A stretch of 10,005 bases of DNA from Candidatus Heimdallarchaeota archaeon. GTDB taxonomy: Archaea; Asgardarchaeota; Heimdallarchaeia; JABLTI01. Position 1 is the first letter of the stretch. Each line of letters starts with the position of its first letter. A model generated the notes under the pieces. The model saw nothing but the letters and a program-made list of their open reading frames with translations, did no database searches and was not told where the DNA came from. Position numbers and translations under genes: made by a program. This document shows positions 8,661-10,005 of this stretch, one piece after another. The stretch is from assembly GCA_019058275.1 (NCBI GenBank), contig JAHLVW010000060.1, positions 1 through 10,005 on the forward strand, written 5' to 3'.

Positions 8661-9093
8661 AATTATGATGATCAAATTGCCCCATATAGTAGAGTTAAGT
8701 ATATTAAAGGAAAAAAAATTATTTTTCTATTGGAAAAATGAATGGATTGAAGAAAGAGATTATTCACATGTTTGTTTATGAAATGTTTTGTTACCTTTAT
8801 ATCCGAAAATCCGGTTAACCTTTGGAAGAATATACAAATATATGACATACAAATTTGAGGAAGAATATAATCTAAAGAAACGTCAAAAAGAATTATTATT
8901 GTATTCTGTTCAGAATTATAAACGAGAACTTATTGATAAGAAAATTACTTCAAATATGGAATCAGATGAAAACTGGAAAGAGGATAAGATTTCAGTTATA
9001 ACAAGACCCTTACCAAGATTTCTTTGGACGATTCGAATTTTTGATGCTACATCTATTGATCCGAGACAATTAATGGCATTACGCTATATTTAA
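8661..9093 (+). pseudogene. Decayed C-terminal fragment of a hypothetical, possibly papain-fold, protein
   Basis: NYDDQIAPYSRVKYIKG, then a frameshift in the A8 run at 8711-8718, KLFFYWKNEWIEERDYSHVCL, TGA at 8779-8781, then NVLLPLYPKIRLTF...PLPRFLW..FDAT. The motif order matches my recollection of an uncharacterised family (HDDQxGP / PLYxKIR / PRFxW / FDAT). Not verified by search. Confidence 0.55.
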
Positions 9094-9112
9094 GTTTAAA
9101 GAAATAAAATAA

Positions 9113-9145
9113 TAAACCCTGCGCCTTTGACCTAACTGGGCTACC
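9113..9145 (-). repeat. Partial tRNA-Leu 5'-half copy
   Basis: taaaccctgcgcctttgacctaactgggctacc matches 8543-8575 at 29/33 positions in the same orientation. It covers the D arm to the anticodon loop. Confidence 0.88.
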
Positions 9146-9171
9146 GTTCCTTTTTTTATGGCCAATTATTA

Positions 9172-9300
9172 CACTTTCATGTAGAATAATTTATCCATTC
9201 CCAGTCACTGCAACAAGTTTGTTGGTGCAGTTCATCTCTGAGCCCCCACTAGGAACAGTTGAGTGAGGGGTTCCCGAGTCCGTGTAGGGCACGGGGCTGG
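9172..9300 (-). ncRNA. Candidate omega-RNA (reRNA) scaffold overlapping the tnpB 3' end
   Basis: GC-richer tail after RuvC-III with several inverted repeats: agcccc/ggggct (9241-9246/9293-9298), ggaac/gttcc (9252-9256/9270-9274), ccgtg/cacgg (9280-9284/9290-9294), actgca/tgcagt (9207-9212/9226-9231). The position is as expected for TnpB RNAs. Boundaries are approximate. Confidence 0.55.
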
Positions 9301-10005
9301 TGTCTTTCAAACTTTTAATTTGTTTATAATCTATGAAGCTTGCTCGATAAATGTTTACAACTGCGATATAGTCTCGGTCTGCTGTGAAACCACAATGGGA
9401 GCATTGGAACCATCGTCCTCGATCATCTTCGACTAGGTTGTTTGGTCCTTTGACTTTTCGTCCTTTGTTTGTGCATCTTGGGCAATGGCTTGAGGTTCCC
9501 CATGGGCAAACCTTTTGTAAGATGAGTCCTGCTTCTTCGCATTTGTATTCTAGGAGAAAAGCTATTCTTCCTCGCAACCATTCTGACAAACGATTTGACC
9601 AGCTTCTTTTTCCACGAGAAGGTTTGTAGTTTCTGAGGTCTTCTATGACTAACTTTGTGCAGCACCAGTTAAGAGCGATTTGCACTAGGTTGTTGGTTGT
9701 TGTGTGTGCGAGTTCTTCTCCTAATCTGTTTCGCTTCTCGTATAGTCTTCTTCTCTCCTCTTCTCTTCTAATTACATTTACTTGCTTTCTCTTTTCTTTT
9801 TTTGCTTTGCTATTTGCCGTTGGTTTTCTGCAATGTGTTGATAGATTCTCTCTATATGCTGATACTCTGAACCTTTGAGTTTGATGGTTATCGGTCTTGA
9901 TATCTGTTTTCCCTTTTCAAAAACAGCTGCTATTGCCACTTTCTTTAAGCCAAGGTCGATAGCAAGTACTCTTTCCTTTCTTTTCTTTCGTGACTTTTTT
10001 GGATA
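9191..10005 (-). mobile_element. tnpB: TnpB/Cas12f-like RNA-guided nuclease gene of an IS200/IS605- or IS607-type element; 5' part outside the window; frameshifted at ~9800
   Basis: The frame from 10005 reads YPKKSRKKRKERVLAIDLGLKK (RuvC-I Asp at 9955-9957) and ends at TAA 9778-9780. The -1 frame continues KQVNVIRREEERRRLYEKRNRLGEELAHTTTNNLVQIA...VIEDL (RuvC-II), TSSHCPRC...FQCSHCG (zinc finger), ADRDYIAVVNI (RuvC-III). Confidence 0.92.

Noticed and set aside
8779-8781. In-frame TGA as selenocysteine, or an alternative genetic code (also TAA at 972)
   Set aside because: Both genes also contain frameshifts, TAA and TGA serve as normal stops elsewhere in the window, and no SECIS-like element was recognised.
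2406-9145. Trans-spliced split tRNA made from the two fragments
   Set aside because: The 5' fragment lacks a pairing acceptor strand (GGAACGG versus CCCCCGC), the T stem is weakened, and no complementary leader/trailer or bulge-helix-bulge motif is visible.
9172-9192. CRISPR-repeat-like words (AATTATTCTAC, ATGAAAG) after tnpB
   Set aside because: Single occurrence with no repeat-spacer periodicity anywhere in the window, so no CRISPR array can be called.
9384-9878. ORFs 9384-9629, 9423-9665 and 9645-9878
   Set aside because: Antisense or off-frame to tnpB, with no independent support.

Overview
AT-rich archaeal DNA. The intron-less archaeal-type tRNA-Leu, TATA-like boxes and GGTGA/GGAG ribosome-binding sites support this. 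The gene repertoire suggests an Asgard/Heimdallarchaeia-like genome, which is an inference. Almost everything is on the minus strand. From left to right: a UMF1/Atg22-like MFS transporter broken by a frameshift and an in-frame TAA (87-1575); a LolD/MacB-type ABC ATPase; a 36-bp copy of the tRNA-Leu 3' end (2406-2441); a tandem ABC ATPase with an AbrB-like middle domain; a 954-aa FtsX/MacB-like permease; a secreted caspase-family (clan CD) peptidase with two Ig-like repeats; an intact tRNA-Leu(UAG) (8493-8580); a decayed plus-strand gene fragment; a 33-bp copy of the tRNA-Leu 5' half (9113-9145); and the 3' part of a TnpB-like RuvC nuclease gene with a -1 frameshift at A_AAA_AAG and a structured omega-RNA-like tail. 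The most notable structure is a tRNA-Leu with same-orientation partial copies on both sides. These bound an integrase-less 6.1-kb cargo island and a 0.57-kb relic, and the putative TnpB guide-RNA region ends just before the 5'-half copy.
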